63,385 nt of DNA from Clostridiales bacterium UBA7001. GTDB taxonomy: Bacteria; Bacillota; Clostridia; TANB77; CAG-508. The notes beneath the pieces were generated by a model. That model saw nothing but the letters and a program-made list of their open reading frames with translations, did not search any database and was not told where the DNA came from. Numbering within the stretch: the stretch's first letter is position 1; every line of letters begins with the position of its first letter. Of this stretch, positions 54,315 through 62,963 are shown one piece after another. A program made the position numbers and the translations under genes. The stretch is from NCBI GenBank assembly GCA_002449785.1, contig DJXP01000035.1, positions 1 to 63,385 of the forward strand, given 5' to 3'.

Positions 54315-54818
54315 ATGATAGTTTTTAAGTATATTAATTTAATTTGTATATTGTTAATATGTGCATATTTAGGAAAATATAAATCTCAAAGTTATGAAAA
54401 TAGGGTGTTTGAACTTAATAGATTTCAAAATGCACTTATAATGTTTAAGAGTAAAATTGAATTTACGTATGAACCTTTGAAAAATATTTTTGAAGATATA
54501 TCAAAAAGTATATATGAAAATGATGAAAATATTTTTTCTAATGCTTTAAAAGATGAAACAAATATAACATTATCATGGAATAGAGCTGTAAATAATACTC
54601 AAAATAGTTTTAATAAAGAAGATAGAGAACATATAAAAATGCTAGGAAAAATGCTTGGAAAAACAGATGTAAAAGGGCAGGTAAATGAAATAGATTTATG
54701 TATAAGTTTAATAAATATGCAATTAAATAAAGCAGAATTAGAAAAAGAAAAAAACTGTAAATTATTTAAAACAATTGGGATCGTTTTAGGTCTTGGAATA
54801 TGTATTGTTTTAATCTAA
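54315..54818 (+). CDS. spoIIIAB: stage III sporulation protein AB
   Basis: Operon position, size, and TM helices at both termini. Confidence 0.85.
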   Translation: MIVFKYINLICILLICAYLGKYKSQSYENRVFELNRFQNALIMFKSKIEFTYEPLKNIFEDISKSIYENDENIFSNALKDETNITLSWNRAVNNTQNSFNKEDREHIKMLGKMLGKTDVKGQVNEIDLCISLINMQLNKAELEKEKNCKLFKTIGIVLGLGICIVLI

Positions 54819-54842
54819 ATTTAAAGAAAGGATTGAGAATAA

Positions 54843-55037
54843 ATGAATATAGATTTATTACTTAAAATAGCAGGAATTGGAATTTTAGTTGCAGTTTTAC
54901 ATCAAATATTAACAAGAGCTGGAAGAGATGACCAAGCTATGATGACTACACTTGCCGGTATGATAATTGTTTTAACTGTTGTTGTAAAAGAAATAAGTAC
55001 TTTATTTGAAACTGTGAGGACGGTGTTTAATTTGTAA
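54843..55037 (+). CDS. spoIIIAC: stage III sporulation protein AC
   Basis: 64 aa. LLKIAGIGILVAVLHQIL..AGRDDQA is the SpoIIIAC signature. Confidence 0.9.
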   Translation: MNIDLLLKIAGIGILVAVLHQILTRAGRDDQAMMTTLAGMIIVLTVVVKEISTLFETVRTVFNL

Positions 55038-55423
55038 TGGATGTTATAAAAATTATAGGAATTGGATTTATAACTCTAATAATTACAATAGTATTAAAAG
55101 AATATAAAAAAGAATACTATATATATGCTGTTCTGATAGGTGGTGCAATAATACTTTTTTATTCATTAGGAACGATAAAAGAAATAATAGATTTTGTTAA
55201 CGAAATTTCAAATAATAATAATTATAATAATGAATTTATAAAACTATTGTTAAAATTAACTGGTATTTCAGTTTTAATTGAATATGCTGTAAGTATATGT
55301 AAAGATGCAGGTGAAATTTCTATTGCAAATAAAATTGATTTAGGTGGAAAAATAATATTAATTTCAATGTCTATTCCAGTAATATCTGTTACATTAGAAG
55401 CATTAGTAAAATTATTGCCTTAA
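55037..55423 (+). CDS. spoIIIAD: stage III sporulation protein AD
   Basis: 128 aa, four TM helices, TAATG coupling to spoIIIAC. Confidence 0.88.
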   Translation: MDVIKIIGIGFITLIITIVLKEYKKEYYIYAVLIGGAIILFYSLGTIKEIIDFVNEISNNNNYNNEFIKLLLKLTGISVLIEYAVSICKDAGEISIANKIDLGGKIILISMSIPVISVTLEALVKLLP

Positions 55424-55451
55424 TTTATTATAAAAATTGATGGAGGATCAT

Positions 55452-56528
55452 ATGGAAGAATTACTAAACTCAGAAGCAGATATGCTAGGTATAAATAGTT
55501 TCTTGGAAAGTGCAGAAAAATTTACTAATAATAATTTTGAAAATATAAGTATTAAAGAGCTTTTTTATGATAGCTTAAGTGGAAATATTGGAAAAAGTTT
55601 AAGACATATAGGACTCGTCGATATTTTTTCCAGAGAATTAACATCTGTGATGAGTATAATTGTTTCAGTATTAGCTGTTATAATTATACATAGTATTTTG
55701 AAAGCAGTAATAGATAGTTTACAGAATAAATCGGCTAGTCAAGTGGCTTATTTTGCACAATATTTAATTATAACGACACTTATAATTAATAGTTTTGTAT
55801 CAATATTGGAATTAACAAAGATTTCAATCCAAAACATTACAAATTTTATGAATAGTTTATTACCACTTATGACCACACTTATGCTGACAACTGGAATGAT
55901 TACAACTACAAGTATGATTGAGCCAATCCTTTTATTTATGATTAATTTTATAGGAATATTTATAAATAATTTTATAATTCCTTTTTTATTAGTTTCTATA
56001 ACTGTTAGTATTATTTCAAATATTTCTAATGAAGTAAGTTTAGGAAGATTATCAAAATTTTTAAAATCATCAATAATATGGATTTTAGGAATAGTGCTTA
56101 CAATATTTGTTACAAGTCTTTCTTTGGAAGGAACTTTAACAAGTTCAGTAGATGGTGTAACAGCAAAGACTGCAAAAGCTGCTGTTTCTGATTTTATTCC
56201 TATTGTTGGTAAAATAATGGGGGATACGGTAGATAGTGTAATAGGTTGTGGAAATATTTTAAAAAATTCAGTAGGAATAGTTGGAGTTATAATAATACTT
56301 GGTATTGTATTTGTTCCAATAATAAAAGTATCTATATTTTGGATCTCTTTTAAGTTAACATCAGCTGTTTCGGAAGTAATTGCAGATGCTAGAATTGTAA
56401 AATTAATAGAAGAATTAGCAGATAGTTATAAAATAATACTTGCAATATTATTTTCAGTATCAATAATGTTTATAATTGGAATAACTATAGTTATAAAAAT
56501 GACAAATAGTGTAATAATGTATAGGTGA
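55452..56528 (+). CDS. spoIIIAE: stage III sporulation protein AE
   Basis: Polytopic protein with DGVTAKTAKAAVSDFIPIVGK motif. ATG at 55452 follows SD ggagg. Confidence 0.9.
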   Translation: MEELLNSEADMLGINSFLESAEKFTNNNFENISIKELFYDSLSGNIGKSLRHIGLVDIFSRELTSVMSIIVSVLAVIIIHSILKAVIDSLQNKSASQVAYFAQYLIITTLIINSFVSILELTKISIQNITNFMNSLLPLMTTLMLTTGMITTTSMIEPILLFMINFIGIFINNFIIPFLLVSITVSIISNISNEVSLGRLSKFLKSSIIWILGIVLTIFVTSLSLEGTLTSSVDGVTAKTAKAAVSDFIPIVGKIMGDTVDSVIGCGNILKNSVGIVGVIIILGIVFVPIIKVSIFWISFKLTSAVSEVIADARIVKLIEELADSYKIILAILFSVSIMFIIGITIVIKMTNSVIMYR

Positions 56529-56532
56529 AAAT

Positions 56533-57054
56533 ATGATTAAGATTTTGAGAAATTGGTGTGAGGGATTAGTAATTGCTGTTATTATTTCAATTATAATAGA
56601 AATGCTAATTCCAGATGAAAATAATAAAAAATATATTAAAGTAGTGATAGGAATTTATATAATATTTTCTACAATAAACCCTATTTTAGATTTAATAAAC
56701 TATGATATAAATTTTGAAAATTATATAAATATTGATACAGTTCAGAGTTCAAGTAGTGTTAAAGACTATGCAGATAGTATTAGAAAAGTGTATATAAATG
56801 GACTTGAAAATGATATAAAACTTGAGATTACAAACTTAGGTTATAAAGTTAATAATATAAATATTCTTTTTGATAAGGACTATACAAATGTTGAAAAAAT
56901 TGAATTGGAAATTTTAGGTAAAAATGAAAAGATTAATAATATAGAACCGGTTATTATTGGAAAAGAAGAATTAAAAGATGAAAGCTATGAAGATATAGAA
57001 AAAATCCTTATAGAAAAGTATGCTATAAAAAAAGAAAACATTATTATTAAATGA
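56533..57054 (+). CDS. spoIIIAF: stage III sporulation protein AF
   Basis: LRNWCEGLVIAVIISIIIEMLIP N-terminus, and operon position. Confidence 0.88.
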   Translation: MIKILRNWCEGLVIAVIISIIIEMLIPDENNKKYIKVVIGIYIIFSTINPILDLINYDINFENYINIDTVQSSSSVKDYADSIRKVYINGLENDIKLEITNLGYKVNNINILFDKDYTNVEKIELEILGKNEKINNIEPVIIGKEELKDESYEDIEKILIEKYAIKKENIIIK

Positions 57055-57068
57055 ATTGGAGAAATACT

Positions 57069-57647
57069 ATGATTGAAAAAATAAAAAATATTTTTACTAA
57101 TAAAGAAAAAAGAGTAGAAAACTTGATTTCTTTTTTAATCATATTAATAATTACAATAATTGTTATTAATAAAATCTTAAAAGGAAATGATAATAAAAAA
57201 GAAGATTATAAAAATGAAGTTGGTGTTGAACTTGCGATAAATAGCAATAAAACTGAATTTTTAGATGATGATTTAGAAAAAAGATTAGAAAAGATTTTGG
57301 AAAAAATAGAAGGTGTTGGAAAAGTCTCTGTTTTAATTACGTATTCTGAAACTAGTAGTATAATACCAGTTTACAATATTAATTCAAGTACAAGCACAAC
57401 TGAAGAAACAGATACATCAGGTGGAACTAGAAAAATTCAAACAGAGAATAATCAAAAAGATATTATTACAGACTCGGGAGCTAATATTGTTACAGAAAAA
57501 GTTTTAAGTCCTAAAATTGAAGGAGCAATTATTACTGCAAATGGTGCATCAGATGGAAAGATTAAAAGCAATATTATTGATGCTGTAATTGCAGTTACTG
57601 GTTTACCTGCTCATAAAATACAAGTTTTTGAAATGGGAGATGATTAA
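57069..57647 (+). CDS. spoIIIAG: stage III sporulation protein AG
   Basis: TM helix plus C-terminal ring-forming domain (KIEGAIITANGA). ATG at 57069 follows SD ggag. Confidence 0.88.
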   Translation: MIEKIKNIFTNKEKRVENLISFLIILIITIIVINKILKGNDNKKEDYKNEVGVELAINSNKTEFLDDDLEKRLEKILEKIEGVGKVSVLITYSETSSIIPVYNINSSTSTTEETDTSGGTRKIQTENNQKDIITDSGANIVTEKVLSPKIEGAIITANGASDGKIKSNIIDAVIAVTGLPAHKIQVFEMGDD

Positions 57648-57652
57648 GCAAT

Positions 57653-58270
57653 ATGAATATTAATAAAGAATATAATAAAGAAAAAACTAAGCAAAAATTA
57701 TTGGTAATCACAGCTTTTGTTTTAATAGTAGTAGGATATTATAATTTTAATTTAAATAATAAAGAAGATTTTTTAGAAGTGTCTTCAAGAAGCAATGAAA
57801 TAAATTTGGGTGATGTAGAATTAGTAAATAGTGATCCAGTAAATAGTAATCAAGTAAATAGCAATCTAGTTAATATTGAAAGTACTTCAGATGCTATTGT
57901 TCCTAATGACGAAGTTAAAAAAAATAACTATTTTGAAGATACTAAAATTCAAAGAGATAGAATGTATTCGGAAATAATAGAAACTTATCAGAATATGGTA
58001 GATAGTCAAAATATTTCTGCTGAACAAAAAGCTATTGCAATTCAAGAAATATCTAATATATCAAATATAAAAAATGGAATAATGATATCTGAAAATTTAA
58101 TTAAAAACAAAGGATTTGAAGAAGTTGTAATTTTAGTAAATAATGGAAAAATAAATGTTGTTTTAGAAAATAAGAAATTAAGTACTGAACAGATATCACA
58201 GATTCAAAATATAATTGAAAAACAGTTTAATACCAAAGTTGAAAACATAAATATTAGCTTTAATGAATAA
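57653..58270 (+). CDS. spoIIIAH: stage III sporulation protein AH
   Basis: TM helix plus YscJ/FliF-like C-terminal domain (FFEDTKIQRDRMYSE...), last gene of the operon. Confidence 0.85.
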   Translation: MNINKEYNKEKTKQKLLVITAFVLIVVGYYNFNLNNKEDFLEVSSRSNEINLGDVELVNSDPVNSNQVNSNLVNIESTSDAIVPNDEVKKNNYFEDTKIQRDRMYSEIIETYQNMVDSQNISAEQKAIAIQEISNISNIKNGIMISENLIKNKGFEEVVILVNNGKINVVLENKKLSTEQISQIQNIIEKQFNTKVENINISFNE

Positions 58271-58372
58271 ATTATTTTCACAAATATTAGTTGAATATTT
58301 TTTTCTATAAGATTAATAATAAAATATATGAAAAATTTTTTTCATATAATCTTATAAGAAAGGAAAATTATT

Positions 58373-58810
58373 ATGGCAAATAAAGCATTAATTAGTACAA
58401 TAATAGCTATAATAGTTCTTAGCTTATGTTCTGGATTTTCATTTGCAAATGATAATAATTCTATTAATTTAGGAAATGAAATAATGCAATCTGTTGATAA
58501 AACAGGTGATAGTTTTAACAATATGATATCAGGAAATACTATAAGAGATGCTGGAAATAGTATGAAAAATGGTATAAACAGTATGATGAATGGTACAGAA
58601 AATATGGTAAATAAGGTGGAAAACGGAGTAAATAATATTGGAAATATGAACATGGCAGGAGACTACAATGTTGTAAGAACAGATGTCGAAGGTACAACAA
58701 ATAATTTTAGTACAATGACAACTACCACATGGATGTGGGTTATTTTAGTTGTAGCAGCAATTGTAATTATTGCAGCAATTTGGTATTATGCAACTCAAGA
58801 TAATGGCTAA
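58373..58810 (+). CDS. secreted/C-terminally anchored Asn/Gly/Met-rich repeat protein, unknown function
   Basis: Signal peptide, degenerate NxM(x)NG repeats, C-terminal TM helix. Confidence 0.55.
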   Translation: MANKALISTIIAIIVLSLCSGFSFANDNNSINLGNEIMQSVDKTGDSFNNMISGNTIRDAGNSMKNGINSMMNGTENMVNKVENGVNNIGNMNMAGDYNVVRTDVEGTTNNFSTMTTTTWMWVILVVAAIVIIAAIWYYATQDNG

Positions 58811-58839
58811 TAAAAATACTAATGAATTAATAAAATAAT

Positions 58840-58876
58840 AAAACTCTAATAGAATGGTTATTTCTATTAGAGTTTT
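58840..58876. terminator. bidirectional terminator between convergent genes
   Basis: aaaactctaatagaa / ttctattagagtttt, a 15-bp stem. Confidence 0.75.
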
Positions 58877-58899
58877 AATTATATTAATTAGAGTTTTTT

Positions 58900-59247
58900 C
58901 TATTTTTTTATTCTTATTAAAATTGCAATAGCAAATAGTATTAATAATATACCAATTGAAATTAATATAATACATAATATATTATTTAATTCTAGATTTG
59001 CTTGTGAGTAATTTTCTTTACTTGTTACACTTGTAACAGAAGATGGACTTAAAGATTGAAGAGAAGATTCTGATGAGTTTTCTTTTACAACATTATTATT
59101 TGCACTATTATTATATGAGTAATCTTCTGAACTTGAGTTTGTTTCTTCATCATCATAAGAATCTGAAGTTGCTAAAACAAAATATGTATTTAAAGAGATT
59201 ATAAAAATTATTAAAATTATAGATATAGTTTTTAAATGTTTTGACAT
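58900..59247 (-). CDS. small secreted/anchored Ser/Asn/Asp-rich protein, unknown function
   Basis: ATG at 59247 lies 8 nt after SD aggagg. Signal peptide and C-terminal TM helix. The ORF-track extension to 59442 runs antisense through tRNA-Gln and is rejected. Confidence 0.55.
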   Translation of the reverse strand: MSKHLKTISIILIIFIISLNTYFVLATSDSYDDEETNSSSEDYSYNNSANNNVVKENSSESSLQSLSPSSVTSVTSKENYSQANLELNNILCIILISIGILLILFAIAILIRIKK

Positions 59248-59331
59248 ACAGCTAAACCTCCTAATAAAACGGTATAAATATATAATATACAAAAAATATG
59301 AAAATGTCCATAGAAATAATAAATTTTTTAC

Positions 59332-59360
59332 TTGTAAAAAATTTAAAATTATTGTATACT
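59332..59360 (+). promoter_or_regulatory. sigma-A type promoter for tRNA-Gln
   Basis: TTGTAA, 17 nt, TATACT, ~38 nt upstream of the tRNA. Confidence 0.45.
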
Positions 59361-59397
59361 GAATTAAGATTATTCGTGACTCAAAAGTAAAAAATAT

Positions 59398-59472
59398 TGG
59401 GGTGTCGCCAAGCGGTAAGGCATCGGACTCTGACTCCGACATGCGTAAGTTCGAATCTTACCACCCCAGCCA
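59398..59472 (+). tRNA. tRNA-Gln (anticodon CUG), CCA encoded
   Basis: TGGGGTGTCGCCAAGCGGTAAGGCATCGGACTCTGACTCCGA...GTTCGAATCTTACCACCCCAGCCA. The anticodon stem tcgga/tccga encloses loop CTCTGAC. Confidence 0.9.
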
Positions 59473-59514
59473 AGTTTATAAGTCTAATTTGTGTATTTAA
59501 ATTAGTATGAAAGG

Positions 59515-59548
59515 AATCATTCTGAAAAGGATGATTTTTTTTTTTTCT
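59515..59548 (+). terminator. Rho-independent terminator after tRNA-Gln
   Basis: aatcattc-tgaaaa-ggatgatt hairpin followed by a T12 run. Confidence 0.75.
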
Positions 59549-59666
59549 AAAATCATCATTATCCTGTTTAAAATTAAAAGTTTAATTTTAAGTTTATTTT
59601 AATATTCATTTAAGTTTATTTTTAAATTATATATTTATAATATATTTAAAGAAGGGGGAAAACTGT

Positions 59667-60380
59667 ATGAATGATATTTTTAGAAGAGTTGAAAAAAAAT
59701 ATATTATAAGTAAAAATGAATATTTAAAAATTAGAGAAGAAATTAATAAATATGTAAAAATGGATGAATACGGAAAAAGTACTATATGTAATATATATTT
59801 TGATACTGATAAATATGAATTAATAAGTCACTCAATTACTAAACCATATTTTAAAGAAAAAGTAAGATTAAGAAGTTATAATGTACCAAATGAAAATAGT
59901 ATGGTTTATTTAGAAATAAAGCGTAAAGAGGAAAGTATTGTTGGAAAACGTAGAATTGGAATGAAATTAAATGATTTTAATAAATATATGAATAATAATA
60001 AATTAGTTTCAAATAGTAATATTCAAATTAAAAATGAACTAGATTATTATTTTGATAGATTAGATTTACATGAAAAAATGTATATAAGCTATGATAGAGA
60101 GGCTTATTTTGACAAGACTAATCCCGATTTTAGAATAACATTTGATAGTAATATAAAAGCTAGAGACTATAATTTAGATTTAAGTAAAGGAAGTTATGGA
60201 CGATTTATATTAGAACCAGATAAATATATTATGGAAGTAAAAACATTAGAAAGTATTCCACTTTGGTTTGTAAAATTATTAACAGAATGCAAAGTTACAC
60301 CTTGTGGATTTTCAAAGTATGGTGAAGCATATACACAATTGGTTTTAGGTGCAAATACAGCTAAAACCTGTGTAGTGTAG
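59667..60380 (+). CDS. VTC-domain (polyphosphate polymerase/CYTH-like) protein
   Basis: RVEKKYIIS...ICNIYFDT...KVRLRSY...LEIKRK..., the triphosphate-tunnel beta-strand pattern of bacterial VTC-domain proteins. Confidence 0.7.
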   Translation: MNDIFRRVEKKYIISKNEYLKIREEINKYVKMDEYGKSTICNIYFDTDKYELISHSITKPYFKEKVRLRSYNVPNENSMVYLEIKRKEESIVGKRRIGMKLNDFNKYMNNNKLVSNSNIQIKNELDYYFDRLDLHEKMYISYDREAYFDKTNPDFRITFDSNIKARDYNLDLSKGSYGRFILEPDKYIMEVKTLESIPLWFVKLLTECKVTPCGFSKYGEAYTQLVLGANTAKTCVV

Positions 60381-60409
60381 TTATATAAAAATATAAAAGG
60401 AGAAGAAAA

Positions 60410-61084
60410 ATGTTAGAAAGTATTTTTTATAATGAAGTAGCAACAATAAGTATGGAAAACTGTTTAATAAGCTTAGGTGTTGCAATTATTTTAGGAATAA
60501 TAGTGAGTCTTGTTCATAAGTTAACTACAAAGACAACACCTAATTTTTTACTTACAGTTGCAGTATTACCAGTTTTAGTTGAAGCTGTAATAATGCTTAT
60601 TAATGGGAATTTAGGAACATCTCTTGCAGTAGCAGGTGCATTTAGTTTAATTAGATTTAGAAGTATGCCAGGGAATTCAAAAGAAATAATAACAGTATTT
60701 TGGTCTATGGCTATTGGACTTGCATGTGGAATGGGATATGTTTTATATGCTGCAATGATGACAATAATTGTTGCAATACTAATTATTATAGCCAATAAAA
60801 TATTTAGTAAATTAGAAGATAAATCAAGAAGGAAACTAAAAGTAGTAATTCCAGAAAATTTAGATTATAGTGAAGTATTTGATGATATATTTAGTAAATA
60901 TACAGATAAAGTTGAACTTCAAAAAGTAAAAACTACTAATATGGGAAGTACATTTGAGCTTACATATATGGTAACTATAAAGTCAAATATAAATGAAAAA
61001 AGCTTTTTAGATGATATAAGAGTTAGAAATGCTAATATGCTTGTTATGCTTGAAAGAGAAGAATTTAGTGAGGTGGAATTATAA
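60410..61084 (+). CDS. DUF4956-like membrane protein
   Basis: Four TM helices with the AGAFSLIRFRS motif and a soluble C-terminal domain. This is the usual partner of bacterial VTC genes. Confidence 0.65.
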   Translation: MLESIFYNEVATISMENCLISLGVAIILGIIVSLVHKLTTKTTPNFLLTVAVLPVLVEAVIMLINGNLGTSLAVAGAFSLIRFRSMPGNSKEIITVFWSMAIGLACGMGYVLYAAMMTIIVAILIIIANKIFSKLEDKSRRKLKVVIPENLDYSEVFDDIFSKYTDKVELQKVKTTNMGSTFELTYMVTIKSNINEKSFLDDIRVRNANMLVMLEREEFSEVEL

Positions 61085-62601
61085 TGAAAAATAAAAATAT
61101 AGTATTTGCGTTAATAATTATAATACTTGCAGTTATACTTGGAGTTTTACTAAAGTGCTTAGTGTTTACTGGGAGCTCAAAAACAAATAATATGCAAATG
61201 GGATTTGAAACGCTAAATGAAGCAAATGGAGAAGTTGAAGAAATTAAAGCAAGTGCTTCTCAGGAAGACAAACGAGGAGAAGTTTCTTATTCAGATTATA
61301 CTTGTAAGATTAATTTGGATTCATTAGAAATTACAGGTATAGGTGCTACTGTAAATGATGGGACAATAACAATAAGCACTGGTGGTACTTATTACTTTTC
61401 TGGTACTCTTGCTGATGGTAATATAGTAATTAATGCTAGAGATAATGACAATGTAATATTAGTTTTTGATAATGTAAGTATTTCTTGTTCAAAAACTGCT
61501 GTTATAAATGGAGTAAATGCTAAAAACATTTATATAAATTTAGTAGATGGAACCACAAATACATTTACTGATGGTACTGAATATACAGAGTTTACAGAGG
61601 ATGATGAACCAAATGGTACAATTTTTTCTAAAACGGACTTGCTAATAAATGGAACTGGAAAAATGATTGTAAATAGTTATTATGAAGATGGAATTGTTTC
61701 TAAAGATGACTTAATAATTACAAATGCTACAATAGAAGTAACATCAGCTGATGATGGAATTAGAGGTAAAGATAGTGTAGATATAAAAGATGCAGTAATT
61801 ACAGTTATTTCTAAAGAAGATGGAATTAAATCTAATAATGATGAAGATGATTCAAAGGGGTATGTAATTATAGATAATAGTACTATTACTGTAAAAGCAG
61901 GTGATGATGGAATTCATAGTGAAAAAGATTTAATAATAAGTAGTGGTATTATTAATATTGAAGAATCTAATGAAGGATTAGAAGGAATGTTTGTTCAAAT
62001 TAATGGTGGAACAATAAATGTTAAAGCATCTGATGATGGAATAAATGGGACTGATGGAAGTTCTTCAAGTGAGCTTGGTATGGGAATGCAAAAATCAAGT
62101 AATTCTAATGTGCAAATTCAAATAAACGGAGGAACAATATATGTAGATGCAGATGGTGATGGCTTAGATGCTAATGGTACAATACTAATGACAGGTGGGA
62201 CAGTTACTGTTGCAGGTACATCAAGTAATGGAAATGGTGCTTTAGATTTTGATGGCGGATTTAAAGTAACAGGAGGAAACTTAGTAGTATATGGTGCTTC
62301 AGGAATGTGGCAAAATCCAAGTTTAACATCTGAACAATATAGTTTATGTTTTGGTATAAATGGCAGTAGTGGTGATGAAATTACAATAAAAGATGAAGAA
62401 GGAGATATAATATCAGAATTTAAAACAGATAAAACTTATGGTGCAATTTTAGTGTCTAATGACAGTTTAAAAGATGGAAATACTTATACATTATATATAA
62501 ATGGTGAAGAAAAATCATCTTTAAAAATAGAAAGTATAGTTACATCAAATTTAGAAAATGGAGGAATGATGGTGAAAAATAGACAAAATATTAATAGATA
62601 A
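61084..62601 (+). CDS. membrane-anchored beta-helix protein with repeated DDGI(x) motifs (Cthe_2159-like carbohydrate-binding family)
   Basis: N-terminal TM helix. At least 8 repeats of the D-[DG]-G-I-x-[SG] type (DDGIRGK, EDGIKSN, DDGIHSE, DDGINGT, GDGLDAN). TAATG coupling to the upstream gene. Confidence 0.65.
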   Translation: MKNKNIVFALIIIILAVILGVLLKCLVFTGSSKTNNMQMGFETLNEANGEVEEIKASASQEDKRGEVSYSDYTCKINLDSLEITGIGATVNDGTITISTGGTYYFSGTLADGNIVINARDNDNVILVFDNVSISCSKTAVINGVNAKNIYINLVDGTTNTFTDGTEYTEFTEDDEPNGTIFSKTDLLINGTGKMIVNSYYEDGIVSKDDLIITNATIEVTSADDGIRGKDSVDIKDAVITVISKEDGIKSNNDEDDSKGYVIIDNSTITVKAGDDGIHSEKDLIISSGIINIEESNEGLEGMFVQINGGTINVKASDDGINGTDGSSSSELGMGMQKSSNSNVQIQINGGTIYVDADGDGLDANGTILMTGGTVTVAGTSSNGNGALDFDGGFKVTGGNLVVYGASGMWQNPSLTSEQYSLCFGINGSSGDEITIKDEEGDIISEFKTDKTYGAILVSNDSLKDGNTYTLYINGEEKSSLKIESIVTSNLENGGMMVKNRQNINR

Positions 62602-62680
62602 ATATATACATTAAAATTGCTAAACATTATTTATTATTATTCACAGTCGATTATTCTTATAAAAGGCTAGTTGTTATTAA

Positions 62681-62832
62681 TTTTTTGAAAAAATGCTTGT
62701 TCAAGCTAATTTTTGTTAAAAATCTAAATTAATTTTATGGCACCCTTTCGAGGCAAGCTCGAACTATTTCCATAAAATTCATAAAGATTTTTTAACCAAA
62801 AATTACTTTCAAGGCGCAGTTTTTTTTCAAAA
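62681..62832. repeat. ~150-bp imperfect palindrome (two ~60-nt arms around a small inner hairpin)
   Basis: Left arm ttttgaaaaaatgcttgttcaagctaatttttgttaaaaatctaaattaattttatgg matches the reverse complement of the right arm at roughly 80 percent by eye. The inner hairpin is ttcgag-gcaag-ctcgaa. Confidence 0.7.
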
Positions 62833-62895
62833 TTTAATAATACTTAGCTTATAGTATGACTTAAAAGTTGTAAATAGTAACATTAAATATTTTGT

Positions 62896-62924
62896 TTGAA
62901 AGTTTATAGAAAAAGTAGTATAAT
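62896..62924 (+). promoter_or_regulatory. sigma-A type promoter for ldh
   Basis: TTGAAA, 17 nt, TATAAT, ~40 nt upstream of the GTG start. Confidence 0.5.
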
Positions 62925-62963
62925 ATTTATTCGTAAATTATAAAAAGAAAGAGGGAAAGCACA

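Noticed and set aside
58306-58362. Long AT-rich inverted repeat (tataagatta...taatcttata, with inner atatgaaaaa/tttttcatat) after spoIIIAH as a regulatory element
   Set aside because: It is real in the sequence, but almost pure A/T, has a bulged left arm and overlaps the next gene's SD region. It cannot be distinguished from a weak operon-end terminator without transcript data.
59248-59442. Upstream extension of the minus-strand ORF 58900..59442
   Set aside because: The extension runs antisense through tRNA-Gln and its promoter. A strong SD plus ATG at 59247 gives a sensible signal-peptide protein.
62686-62963. Rex operator (TTGTTAA-N4-TTAACAA) upstream of ldh
   Set aside because: Only isolated half-site-like strings (ttgttaaaaatc, ttggttaaaaaa) occur, and these are part of the palindrome arms. 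No properly spaced dyad was found.
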